Source: Camelus ferus (taxonomy: Eukaryota). Taken from it: a stretch of DNA of 64,000 nucleotides. Below the pieces are notes generated by a model that was given only the letters and a program-made list of their open reading frames with translations, did not search any database and was not told where the DNA came from. This document shows, piece after piece, positions 25,901 to 38,133 of this stretch. The number at the start of each line of letters is the position of its first letter. The stretch's first letter is position 1. The position numbers were made by a program, and so were the translations under genes. The DNA lies in contig NC_045697.1 in NCBI RefSeq assembly GCF_009834535.1, forward strand, positions 119,972,001 through 120,036,000, read 5' to 3'.

Positions 25901-28900
25901 CCCAAGTGTCCCTTGCAACTCAGTCAGAGAAAACAGTCAGGAAATTTAGGTAAGTTTGTATTAGAACCCAGGCGGTGCTCACAGTTGTAGAAACCTCCCC
26001 ATACACAGGGTAACAGAACACTTCTTTGGTGTGTGATGGAGTAGGAATACACAGTCCATGCATGTATTTGGGGTGCAGGTGTAACCAGGTTGGGAGACGT
26101 TGGCTAAGTATCTCCACAGCCCATGGGGAGGCACTCTGTTTTCTTCGTTTTCCAGCCCTACTCCCAGCTTTCGCTTGCAGCCCGGGTTAGGAAAACACCC
26201 AGGGATGACAAACTAAATCATTCTATCTGAACAAGTGCGCTCCTATATGATGGAGGAACCTCCAAACACTCAGGATTCCGGAACAGGGATTTGCTTGGTG
26301 CGAATTGTGAGGCCCCAAAGCACACTCATTGCTGGGGCCCAAGATTTTCCCTTTTAGGTCCAAGTCCGCTAATTACCTCCATAGTCCATCTCGAGGCACT
26401 CGCTGCTACTTGGATTTCCAGCCCAAACCCAAGCTTTCACACGCAGCCCGGACTGGGAATACACACAGGTAAAATATGTTATTGGTTATAATGGAACCCA
26501 GTCTCTACCTACAGTTGTAGGAATCTTCCCACAACTAGGATAAAAGAAGAAACATTTGTGTGTCTGATGGACATGGGTAAACAAACTCCATGCATGTATT
26601 AGGGGGCTTAGGTGTTCCAAGGCTGTGGGATGTCGGAAAATTTCCTCAAATTCTCATGGGGAGTAACTCGCTGCTGCTACGAATTTCAGCCAAGCCCACA
26701 GCTTTACCTCGCAGCCAGGCTTGTGAAAAAACTCATGGAAAACAAAATACTGGTTCTACTAGAACCAGGGCGCTGCTGAAAGTTGTGGAATCCTCCCCAC
26801 ACTCAGGATAGCAGAACACACCTTTGTGTGTGTGATGGTGTAGAAAAATACACTCCAGGCATATTTCTGGGGGTACAGCTGTTCCCAGGTTTAGAGATGT
26901 CGCCTAATAACCTCCACTGCCAATGGGGAGGCAATCTAAACTTCTTCGGTTTGCAGAACATCTCCCAAATTTCCCTTACAGCCCGGCGTACGAAAACACC
27001 TTGGGATGACAATATTAGTGATTCTTTGAGAAACCCCTCGATGCTGCCTGTTGGAGGTACAACAAAACCTCAAAATTCTGCAACATAGCTTTGCTTGGTG
27101 GAGGTGTGGAGACCAACACCACAAGATTACTGGGGGCACAGTTCTCTCTGGGAGAAGTCCGCTAATTACCTCTACAGTCAATCTCTGGGCACTCGTTGCT
27201 ACTTGGCTTTCAAGCCGAACCCCCAACTTTACCTCGCCGCACGCCCTGGAAAACACTCAGAGATTATAAGTTAATGGTTCTATTGGAACTCAAGCACTGC
27301 AGACCTTTGTAGGAACCTCCGAACACGCAGGATAACAGAAAAAATTTTTTGTGTCTCATTGAGATGGTAAAAGCTCCACGCATGTTTCAGGGTTTACTGG
27401 TGTTCCTAGGTTTTTGGGAGGTCAGATACATCCCACTACATCCCATGGGGAAGTACTCGCGCCTGGTTGGCTTTCCAGCAAATCCCCCAGTTTCCTTTAC
27501 AACCCAGCCTGAGAAAACAATCAGGAAATGTAGCTAAAGTTTCTATCAGAACCCCGGTGCTGCAGTCTGTTGTAGGAACTTCAACACACACAGGGTTCCC
27601 AAACACGGCTTTGCTTGGAAGAGTTTTGAAGCCCCAATCCACAAACATGTCTGGGGGCTCAATTTTTTCCCTGTTAGGGATAAGTCCGCTAATTAGATCT
27701 ACAGTCCTTCTCGGGCACCCGCTGCGACTTGGAATTCCAGCCCAACCCCCATGATTCCCTTGCAGCCAGGCCTGGGTTTACACAGAGGGAAAAGAAGCTA
27801 TTGGTGCTATTCGAACCCATGCCCTGCTGACACTTGTGGAAACCTTCGAACACTCAGGATATCAGAACATATCTTTCTGTGTGTGATGGAGTAGGAAAAC
27901 ACAATCCAGGCATTTTTATGGGGATCCATGATTTCCCAGGTTGGGAGATATCGGCTAGATTCCTTCAGTGCCCATGGGGTGGCACTGTCTTCTTCTTCAT
28001 TTTCAAGCCGAACTACAAACTTTCATTGCAGCCCGGACAATTGAAACACCCATGTATGACCAATAAATGATTCTATCAGAACCAAGGCATTGCAGTCTGA
28101 TGGAGGAACCTCCAAATTTTCAGAATTCTGGAACACGTCTTTGAGTGTGGGGAGTTGTGGAACCCCAATCCACGCAGATGGATGGGGTCACATATTTGTC
28201 CCTGTTAGGGAGAAGTCTGCTAATTATCTCCACAGTGCATCTTGGGTCACTCGCTGCTTCTTGGATTTTCAGTCTATCCCCAAGTTTACACTTACAGCCC
28301 AAATTTTAAAACACTCATTGATAATAAGCTACGTTTTTTTGGATCCAGGTGCTGCAGACAATTGTAGGTACATCCCCACACTCAGAATAACAGAACAATA
28401 CTTTGAGTGTCTGATTTAGATAGGTAAACTAAATCCATGCATGTTTCATTTTGTATAGGTTTTCCTAGTTTGTGGGAGTTCGGATAATTACATCCACTGT
28501 CCATGGGGAGTCCCTTGCCGTTTCTTGGATTCCAGCCCAACCCCCAGCATTCCCTCGCATCCCGGCATGTGAAAACACTCAGGGAAAATTAGCTACAGTT
28601 TCTATAAGAAGTAAGGCACTCCTGACAGTTGTAGAAACCTCCCTACACTAAGGAAAACAGAACACAGCTTTGTGTGTGTGATGTAGTAGTAAAACACAGT
28701 AAGGCATGTCTCTGGGTTTCAGGTGTTCGCAGGTTGTGAAATGTTGGCTAATTACCTCCACTGCCCGTGGGGAAGTACTCTCTTCTTCTTCGATATCCAG
28801 CCCTATTCCTAGCATTCCCTTGAAGCCCGACCATGGAAAACACCCAGGGATGACAAACTAAATCATTCTGTTAGAACCAGGGTGCTGCTGTATGTTGAAG

Positions 28901-29505
28901 GAACCTCCAAACACTCAGGATTCCGGAACACAGATTTGCTTGATGCGAATTGTGAAGCCCCACAGCACACTCTGTGCTGGGGCCCAAGATTTTCCCTTTT
29001 AGGGCTAAGTCGGCTAATTACCTCCATAGTCCATCTCGGGGCATTCGTTTTACTTGGATTTAAAGCACAAACCCAAGCTTTCCCACGCAGACCGGCCTGG
29101 GAAAGCACACAGGGAAAATATGTTATTGGTTGTAACAGAACCCAGGCTCTACTTACCGTTGTAGGAAACTTCCCACAACTAGGATAAAAGAAGAAATATT
29201 TTTGTGTCTGATGGTGATGGGTAAACACACTCCAAGCATGTATCAGTGTGCTTAGGGTTTCCAAGGCTGTGGGAAGTCGGAAAATTACCTCAAATTCTCA
29301 TGGGGTGTAACTCGCTGCTGCTGCGAATTACAGCCAAGCCCACAGCTTTACCTCGCAGCCAGGCCTGTGAAAAAATTAAAGGAAAACTAAATACTGGTGC
29401 TACTAGAACCCAGGAGCTGCTGAAAATTGTAGAATACTCCGCACACTCAGGATAGCAGAACAAATTTTTGTGTGTGTGAAGGTGTATGAAAATACACTCC
29501 AGGCA
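19939..29505 (+). repeat. 38-mer HOR copy 3, terminal and slightly incomplete
   Basis: Collinear with copies 1 and 2 up to GAAGGTGTATGAAAATACACTCCAGGCAT (~29478-29506), then switches to old-layer alleles. Confidence 0.88.
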
Positions 29506-30186
29506 TATTTATGGTGTTACAGCTGTTCCCAGGTTTGGAGATGTCGCCTAATTACCTCTACTTCCAATGTGGAGGCACTCTATACTTCTTCGCTTTCCAG
29601 ACCAACTCCCTGCTTTCCTTTGAAGCCCGGCCTAAGGAAACACCTAGGGATGACAATATTATTGATTTTATGAGAACACCCGCTCTGCTGCCTGTTGGAG
29701 GTACAACACACACTCAAAATTCCGGAACATGGCTTTGCTTGGAGGAGGTATGGAGACCAACAACATAAGATGCCTGGGGGCACAGTTACTCACTGTTAGG
29801 GAGAATTCCGCTAATTAACTCTACAGTCAATTTCTGGGCAATCCTGGCTACTTGGCTTTCCAGCCGAACCCCCAGGTTTCCTCACAGCCCGCCCTGGAAA
29901 ACACTCAGAGATTATAAGCTAGTGGTTCTATTGGAACCCAGGCACTGCAGACCGTTGTAGGTAGCTCTGCACATGCAGGATAACAGAATACATATTTGTG
30001 TCTGATTGAGATGGTAAAAATTCCACGCATGTTTCTTTGGGTACAGGTTTTCCTAGGTTGGGGGAGGTCAGATTATTCCCATTAATGCCCATGGGGACGT
30101 AATCGCTCCTGCTTGGATTTCCATCTCATCCCCCAGTTTCCCTTGCAACCCAGTCAGAGAAAACAGTCAGGAAATATAGCTAAACT

Positions 30187-33100
30187 TTCTATTAGCACCC
30201 AGGCCCTGCTGACAGTTGTAGAAACCTCCCCATACACAGGGTAACAGAACACTTCTTGGTGTGAGATGGAATAGGAATACACAGTAAATGCATGTATCTG
30301 TGATGCAGGTGTAAACTGTTTGGTAGACGTTGGCTGAGTATCTCCACAGCCCATGTGAATGTACTCTGTTTTCTTCGATTTCCAGCCCTACTCCCAGCTT
30401 TCCCTTGCAGCCCGGGTTAGGAAAACACTCAGGGATCACAAACTAACTCATTCTATCAGAACCAGTGCGCTGCTGTATGTGTGGAGGAAACTCCAAACAC
30501 TCAGGATTCCGGAACTCGCATTTGCTTGTTGCGAATGGTGAAGCCTCACAGCCCACTCAATCCTGGGGCCCAAGATTTTCCCTTTTAGGGCCAAGTCCGC
30601 TAATTACCTCCATAGTCCATATAGGGGCACTCGCTGCTACTTGGATGCCCAGCCCAACCCCCATGTTTCCCTTGCAGCCCGGCCTGGGATAACACAGAGG
30701 GAAAAGGAGCTATTGGTGCTATTCGAACCCATGCCCTGCTTACAATTGTGGAAACCTTCGAACACTCAGGATAACAGAACATATTTTTCTGTGTTTGATG
30801 TTGCAGGAAAACACACACCAGGCATTTTTCTGGGGATCCAGGTTTTCCCAGTTTGGGAGATGTCAGCTACATTCGTTCAGTGCCCAAGTTGTGGCACTGT
30901 CTTCTTCTCCGTTTTCAAGCCCAACTACCAGCTTTCCCTTGCAGCCCGGACAAGTGAAACACCCATGGAAGACAAATAAGTGATTCTATCAGAACCCAGG
31001 CTTTGCTGTCTTTTGGAGGATCCTCCAAAGCTTCAGGATTCTGGAACACGTCTTTTAGTGTGGGGAGTTGTGGAACCCCAATCCACGCAGATGGATGGGG
31101 TCACAGATTTGTCCCTGTTATTGAGAAGTCCGCTAATTACCTCCACAGTGCATCTTGGGGTACTCGCTGCTTCTTAGATTTTCAGCCTATCCCTCAGTTT
31201 TCACTCGCAGCCAGGCCATGTAAAACTCTCAGTGATAATAAGCTAGGTTTCTATTGGAACCCAGGTGCTGCAGACAATTGTAGAAACATCCCCACACTCA
31301 GAATAAGAGAACAATATTTTGAGTGTCTGATTTAGATTGGTAAACTAAATCCACGCATGTTTCAGTTTGTATAGGAGTTCCTAGGTTGTGGGAGTTCGGA
31401 TATTTACATCCACTGTCCATGGGGAGTCCCTTGCCGTTGCTTGGATTCCAGCCCAACCCCCAGCGTTCCCTCGCATCCCGGACTGTGAAAACACTCAGGG
31501 AAAAGAAGCTACAGTTTCTATTAGAACTAAGGCATTCCTGACAGTTGTAGAAACCTCCCTACACTAAGGAAAATAGAACACAGCTTTGTGTGTATGATGG
31601 AGTAGGAAAACACAGTAAGGCATGTCCCTGGGGTGCAGGTGTTCGCAGTATGGGAAATGTTGGCTAATTACCTCCACTGCCCATGGGGAAGCACTCTCTT
31701 CTTCTTCGGTATCCAGCCCTAATCCTAGCATTCCCTTGCAGCCCGACCGTGGAAAACACCCAGGGATGACAAACTAAATCATTTTATCAGAACCAGGGCG
31801 CTGCTGTATGATGGAGGAACCCCCAAACACTCAGGATTCCGGAACATGGATTTGCTTGGTGCGAATTGTGAAGCCCCACAGCACACTCATTGCTGGGGTC
31901 CAAGATTTTCCCTTTTAGGGCCATATCCGCTAATTACGTCCATAGTCCATCTAGGGGCACTCGCGCTACTTGGATTTCCAGCCAAAACCCAAGCTTTCCC
32001 TCGCAGTCCGGCATCGGAAAACACACAGGGAAAATATGTTATTGGTTGTAATGGAACCCAGTCTCTACCTACCTTTGTAGGAACCTTCCCATAACTAGGA
32101 TAAATGAAGAAACATTTGTGTGTCTGATGGAGGTGGGTAAACACACTCCAAGCATGTATCAGTGTGCTTAGGGTTTCCAAGGCTGTGGGACGTCGGAAAA
32201 TTACCTCAAATTCTCATGGGGTGTAACTCGATGCTGCTACGAATTACAGCCAAGCCCACATCTTTACCTGGCAGCAAGGCCTGTGAAAATCTCATGGAAA
32301 ACAATCTACTGGTGGTACTAGAACCCAGGCACTGCTGAAAATTGTAGAATACTCCACACACTCAGGATATCAGAACTAATTTTTGTGTGTGTGATGGTGT
32401 AGGAAAATACACTCCAGGCATATTTCTAGTGTTACAGCTTTTCCCAGGTTTGGAGATGTCGCCTAATTACCTCCACTTCCAATGAGGAGGCACTCTATAC
32501 TTCTTCGCTTTCCAGACCAACTCCCTGCTTTCCTTTGAAGCCCGGCCTAAGGAAACACCTAGGGATGACAATATTATTGATTTTATGAGAACCCCGCTCT
32601 GCTGCCTGTTGGAGGTACAACACACACTCAAAATTCCGGAACATGGCTTTGCTTGGAGGAGGTATGGAGACCAAAACTAAAAGATGCCTGGGGGCACAGT
32701 TACGCACTGTTTGGGAGAATTCCGCTATTAACTCTACAGTCAATTTCTGGGCAATCCTGGCTACTTGGCTTTCCAGCCGAACCCCCATTTTCCCTCGCAG
32801 CCCACCCTGTATAACACTCAGAGATTATAAGCTAGTGGTTCTATTGGAACCCAGGCACTGCAGACCGTTGTAGGAAGATCCGCACACGCAGGATAACAGA
32901 ACATTTTTTTTTGTGTCTGATTGAGATTCTAAAAACCCCACGCATGTTTCAGGGAGTACAGGATTTCCTAGGTTGGCGGTGGTCAGAACATTCTCATTAA
33001 TGCCCATGGGGATGTAATCGCTCCTGCTTGGATTTCCATCACATTCCCCAGTTTCCCTTGCAACCCAGTCAAAGAAAACAGTCAGGAAATTTAGCTAGTT

Positions 33101-36100
33101 TCTATTAGAACCCAGGCGCTGCTGAACTTTGTAGAAACTTCTCCATACACATTTTATGAGAACACTAATTTTTGTGTGTGATTGAGTAGGAAAACAGAGT
33201 CCATGCATGTTTCTGTGGTGCAGGCTTAACCAGGCTGTGAGACTTTGGCTAAGTATCTCCAAAGCCCATGGTGAGGCACTCTGTTTTTCTTCGTTTTCCA
33301 GCCCTACTCCCAGCTTTCCCTTGCAGCCCGGGTTGGAAAATCACCCAGGGATGACAAACTAAATGATTCTATCAGAAACCAGGCGCTGCTGTCTGTTGTA
33401 GGAACTTCCACACACACAGGATTAACAAACACGTCTTTGTTTGGGAGAATTGTGAAGCCCCAATCCACACACATGGCTGAGGGCACAAGATTTTCCCTGT
33501 TAGGTAGAAGTCCGCTAATTACCTCTACAGACAATCATGGGGCACTCGATGCTACTTGGATTTATATCCCAACCCCCAGGATTCACTTGCAGCCCGTCCT
33601 GGGGAAACACACATGGAAAAGATTCTACTGGTGCTATTAAAACACATGCGCTGCTGAAAATTGTGGAAAACATCGAACACTCATGATAACAGAGCACATC
33701 TTTCTGTGTGGGATGGAGTAGTAAAACACACTCCAGGCATTTTTTGGGGGATCCAGTTTTTCCCAAGTTGTTAGATGTCGGCTAGATTCCTGCACTGCCC
33801 ATGTTGTTGCATTGACTTCTTCTTCGTTTTCAAGCCCAACTCCCAACTTTCCCTTGCATCCTGGTCTAGGATTATACCCAGGGATGACAGTCTAAGTGAT
33901 TTTATCAGAGCTAAGATGCTGCTGTATTTTTTACGAACTTCCAGAAACTTAGGATTCTGGATCACGTCTATGATTGGGGGTAGCTTTGGAGACCCACACC
34001 AAAGAGATGGCTGGGGGCACAGGATTTTCCCTGTTAGGGAGATGTCCGTTAATTACCTCCACAGTGGATCTCGTGTAACTCGCTGCTACATGGCTTTCCA
34101 GCGCTAGCGCAGCATTCCCTCGCAGGCCGGCCTGGGAAAACAATCAGGGATAATAATCCAGTGGTTCTATTGAAACCCAGGTGCTGCAGAACAGTGTAGG
34201 ATACTCCCCACACCCAGGAAAACCGAACACTTCTTTGTGTGTCTCATGCAGTTTCGTAAAAAAACTCCACGCGTGTTTCAGGGATTAAGGTGTTGCTAGT
34301 TAGTGGGAGTTCGGGTAATTCCCTCCAATGCCCATGGGGAGGCACTCGCTCCTGCTTGGATTTCCAGCCCAAACCCCAGCTGTCCCTCTCAGCCTGGCCT
34401 GGGAAATCACTCAGGGATAATATGCTATTGGTTAAATTGGAACCCAGGCGCTACTTAAAGTTGTAGGCACCTTCCGACATCTGGGATAACAGAAGAAACC
34501 TTTGTGTGTCTGATGGAGATGGGTAAACAAACTCCACGCATGTTTCATGGGGCACAGGTGTTCCAAGGCTGTGGGACGTCGGAAAATTACCTCAAATTCT
34601 CATGGGGAATATCTCACTGCTGCTACGAAATTCATCCAAACCCACAGCTTTACCTCGCAGCTAGGCTTGTGAAAACTCTCACGGAAAAGAAAATACTGGT
34701 TCTATTAGAACCCAGGCGCTGCTGATATTTGTAGAATCCTCCCCACACTCACGATAGCAGAACACACCTTTGTGTGTGTGATGGTGGAGAAAAATAAACT
34801 CCAGGCATATTTCTGGGGGTACAGATGTTCCCAGGTTTGGAGATGTCGCCTAATTAACTCCACTGCCAATGGGGAGGCAATCTATACTTCTTCGCTTTTC
34901 AGACCATCTCCCAAATTTCCCTTACAGCCCGGCCTAAGAAAACACCTAGTGATGACAATATTAGTGATTCTATGAGAAAACCATCGCTGCTGCCTTTTGG
35001 AGGTACAACGCAATCTCAAAATTCTGGAACATGGCTTTGCTTGGTTGAGGTGTGGAGACCAACACCACAAGATTCCTGGGGGCACATTTCCCTCTCTCTG
35101 GGAGAAGTCTTCTAATTACCTCTACAGTCAATCTCTGGGCACTCGTTGCTACTTGGCTTTCAAGCCGAACCCCAAGCTTTCCCTCACAGCCCGCCCTGGA
35201 AAACACTCAGATATATTAAGTTAATGGTTCTATTGCAACTCAAGCACTGCACCGTTGTAGGAACCTCCGCACACGCAGGAAAATAGAAAAATTTTTTTGT
35301 GTCTCATTGAGATGGTAAAAGCTTCACGCATGATTCATGGTGTACTGGTGTTCCTAGGTTGTGGGAGGTCAGATACATCCCACTACAGCCAATGGGGACG
35401 TAATCGCTCCTGCTTGGATTTCCAACCAATCCCCCAGTTTCCCTTGCAACCCAGTCAGAGATAACAGTCAGGAAATATAGCTAAATTTTCTATTATAAAG
35501 CAGGCGCTGCTGACAGTTGTAGAAACCTCAACATACACAGGGTTACAGAACACTTCTTGGTGTGAGATGGAGTAGAAATAAACAGTACATGCATGTATTT
35601 GTGGTGCAGGTTTAAACAGTTTGGGAGACGTTGGCTATGTGTCTCCACAGCCCATGGGGATGCACTCTGTTTTCTTCGATTTACAGCCCTACTCCCAGCA
35701 TTCCCTTGCAGCCCGGGTTAGGAAAACACTCAGGGATCACAAACTAACTCATTCTATCAGAACCAGTGCGCTGCTGTATGTGTGGAGGAACCTCCAAACA
35801 CTCAGGGTTCCGGAACACGGATTTGCTTGGTGCGAATTGTGAAGCCTCACAGCACACTCAATCCTGGGGCCCAAGATTTTCCCTTTTAAGGCCAAGTCCG
35901 ATAATTACCTCCATAGTCCATCTCGGGGCACTCGCTGCTACTTGGATTCCCAGCCCAACCACCAAGTTTCCCGTGCAGCCCAGCCTGGGGTAACACAGAG
36001 GTAAAAGAAGCTATTGGTGCTATTCGAACCCATGCCCTGCTGACAATTGTGGAAACCTTCGAACACTCAGGATAACAGATCATATCTTTCTGTGTGTGAT

Positions 36101-38133
36101 GGAGTAGGAAAACACACTCCATGCATTTTTCTGGTAATCCAGGTTTTCCCAGTTTGGGAGATGTCTGCTACATTCTTTAAGTGCCCAAAGGGTGACACTG
36201 TCTTCTTCTTCGTTTTCAAGCCCAACTCCCAGGTTTCCCTTGCAGCCCGGACAAGTGAAACACCCATGGATGACAAATAAGTGATTCTATTAGAACCCCG
36301 GCGTTGCTGTCTTTTGGAGGATCCTCCAAAGCTTCAGGATTCTGGAACACATCTTTGAGTGTGGGGAGATGTGGAACCCTAATCCACGCAGATGGATGGG
36401 GTCACAGATTTGTCCCTGTTAGGGAGAAGTCTGCTAAATACCTCCACAGTGCATCTAGTGGCACTCGCTGCATAGATTTTCAGCCTTCAGTTTTCACTCG
36501 CAGCCCGGCCTTGTTAAACACTCAGTGATAATAAGCTATGTTCCTATTGGAACCCAGGTGCAGCAGACAATTGTAGGAACCTCCCCACACTCAGAATAAC
36601 ACAGCAATACTTTGAGTGTCTGATTTAGATGGGTAAACTAAATCCACGCATGTTTTAGTTTGTATAGGAGTTCCTAGGTTGTGGGAGTTCGGATATTTAC
36701 ATCCACTGTCCAAGGGGAGTCCATTGTCGTTGCTTGGATTCCAGCACATCCCCCAGCGTTCCCTCGCATCCCGCCCTGTGAAAACACTCAGCGAAAAGAA
36801 GCTACAGTTTCTATTAAATCTAAGGCATTCCTGACAGTTGTAGAAACCTCCCTACACTAAGGAAAATAGAACACAGCTTTGTTTGTGTGATGGAGTGGGA
36901 AAACACTGTAAGGCATGTCCCTGGGGTGCAGGTGTTCGCAGGATGGGAAATGTTGGCTAATTACCTCCACTGCCCATGGGGAAGCACTCTCTTCTTCTTC
37001 GATATCCAGCACTAATCCTAGCATTCCCTTGCAGCCCGACTGTGGAAAACACCCAGGGATGACAAACTAAATCATTCTATCAGAACCAGGGCGCTGCTGT
37101 TTGTTGGAGGAACCTCCAAACACTCAGGATTCCGGAACATGAATTTGCTTGGTGCGAATTGTGAAGCCTCAAAGCACTCTCATTGCTGGGGCTCAAGAAT
37201 TTCCCGTTTAGGGCCAAGTCCGCTAATTACCTCCATAGTCCATTTCGGGGCACTCGCTACTACTTGGATTTCCAGCCCAAACCGAATCTTTCCCTCGCAG
37301 TCCGGCCTCGAAAAACACACAGGGAAAATATGTTATTGGTTGTAATGGAACCCAGTCTCTACCTACCATTGTAGGAAACTTCTCATAACTAGGATAAAAG
37401 AAGAAACATTTGTGTGTCTGATGGAGATGGGTAAACACACTCCAAGCATGTATCAGTGTGCTTAGGGTTTCCAAGGCTGTGGAACGTCGGAAAATTACCT
37501 CAAATTCTCATGGGGTGTAACTCGATGCTGCTACGAATTTCAGCCAAGCCCACAGTTTTTCCTGGCAGCCAGGCCTGTGAAAAAACTCATGGAATACAAA
37601 ATAATGGTGCTACTATAACCCAGGCGCTGCTGAAAATTGTAGAATTCTCCGCACACTCAGGATAGCAAAACAAATTTTTTGTGTGTGATTATGTAGGAAA
37701 ATACTCTCCAGGCATATATCTGGGGTTACAGCTATTCCCAGGTTTGGAGATGTCGCCTAATTACCTCCACTTCCAATGGGGAGGCACACTATACTTCTTC
37801 ACGTTCCAGACCAACTCCCTGCTTTCCTTTGAAGCCCGGCCTAAGGAAACACCTAGGAATGACAATATTATTGATGTATGAGAACACGAGCTCTGCTGCC
37901 TGTTGGAGGTACAACACACATTCAAATTTCCGGAACATTGCTTTGCTTGGAGGAGTTATAGAGACCAAAACCACAAGATGCCTGGGGGCACAGTTACTCA
38001 CTGTTTGGGAGAATTCTGCTAATTAACTCTACAGTCAATCTCTGGGAAATCCTGGCTACTTGGATTTCCAGCCGAACCCCCAGTTTCCCCCGCAGCCTGC
38101 CCTGGAAAACACTCAGAGATTATAAGCTAGTGT
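30187..38133 (+). repeat. ~5.3-kb (20-monomer) periodic block, ~1.5 copies
   Basis: Paralogous ORFs at 30465/35766 and 31003/36304 (offset 5301) and 31846/37139 (offset 5293). Monomer order is Q R/W X Y Z a R S T U P Q W' X' N M S T U V/P. Confidence 0.8.

Larger units (their letters stand above)
1..29505 (+). repeat. Homogeneous HOR domain: ~9,975-bp 38-mer, ~3 copies
   Basis: Identical translated ORFs recur at 828/10801/20778 and 1503/11476/21453 (periods 9973 and 9977). ACCAGACAC..GCTGACCGTTGTAGGAAGTTCC occurs at 1, 9976 and 19950. The monomer count per period is 6+16+16. Confidence 0.95.
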
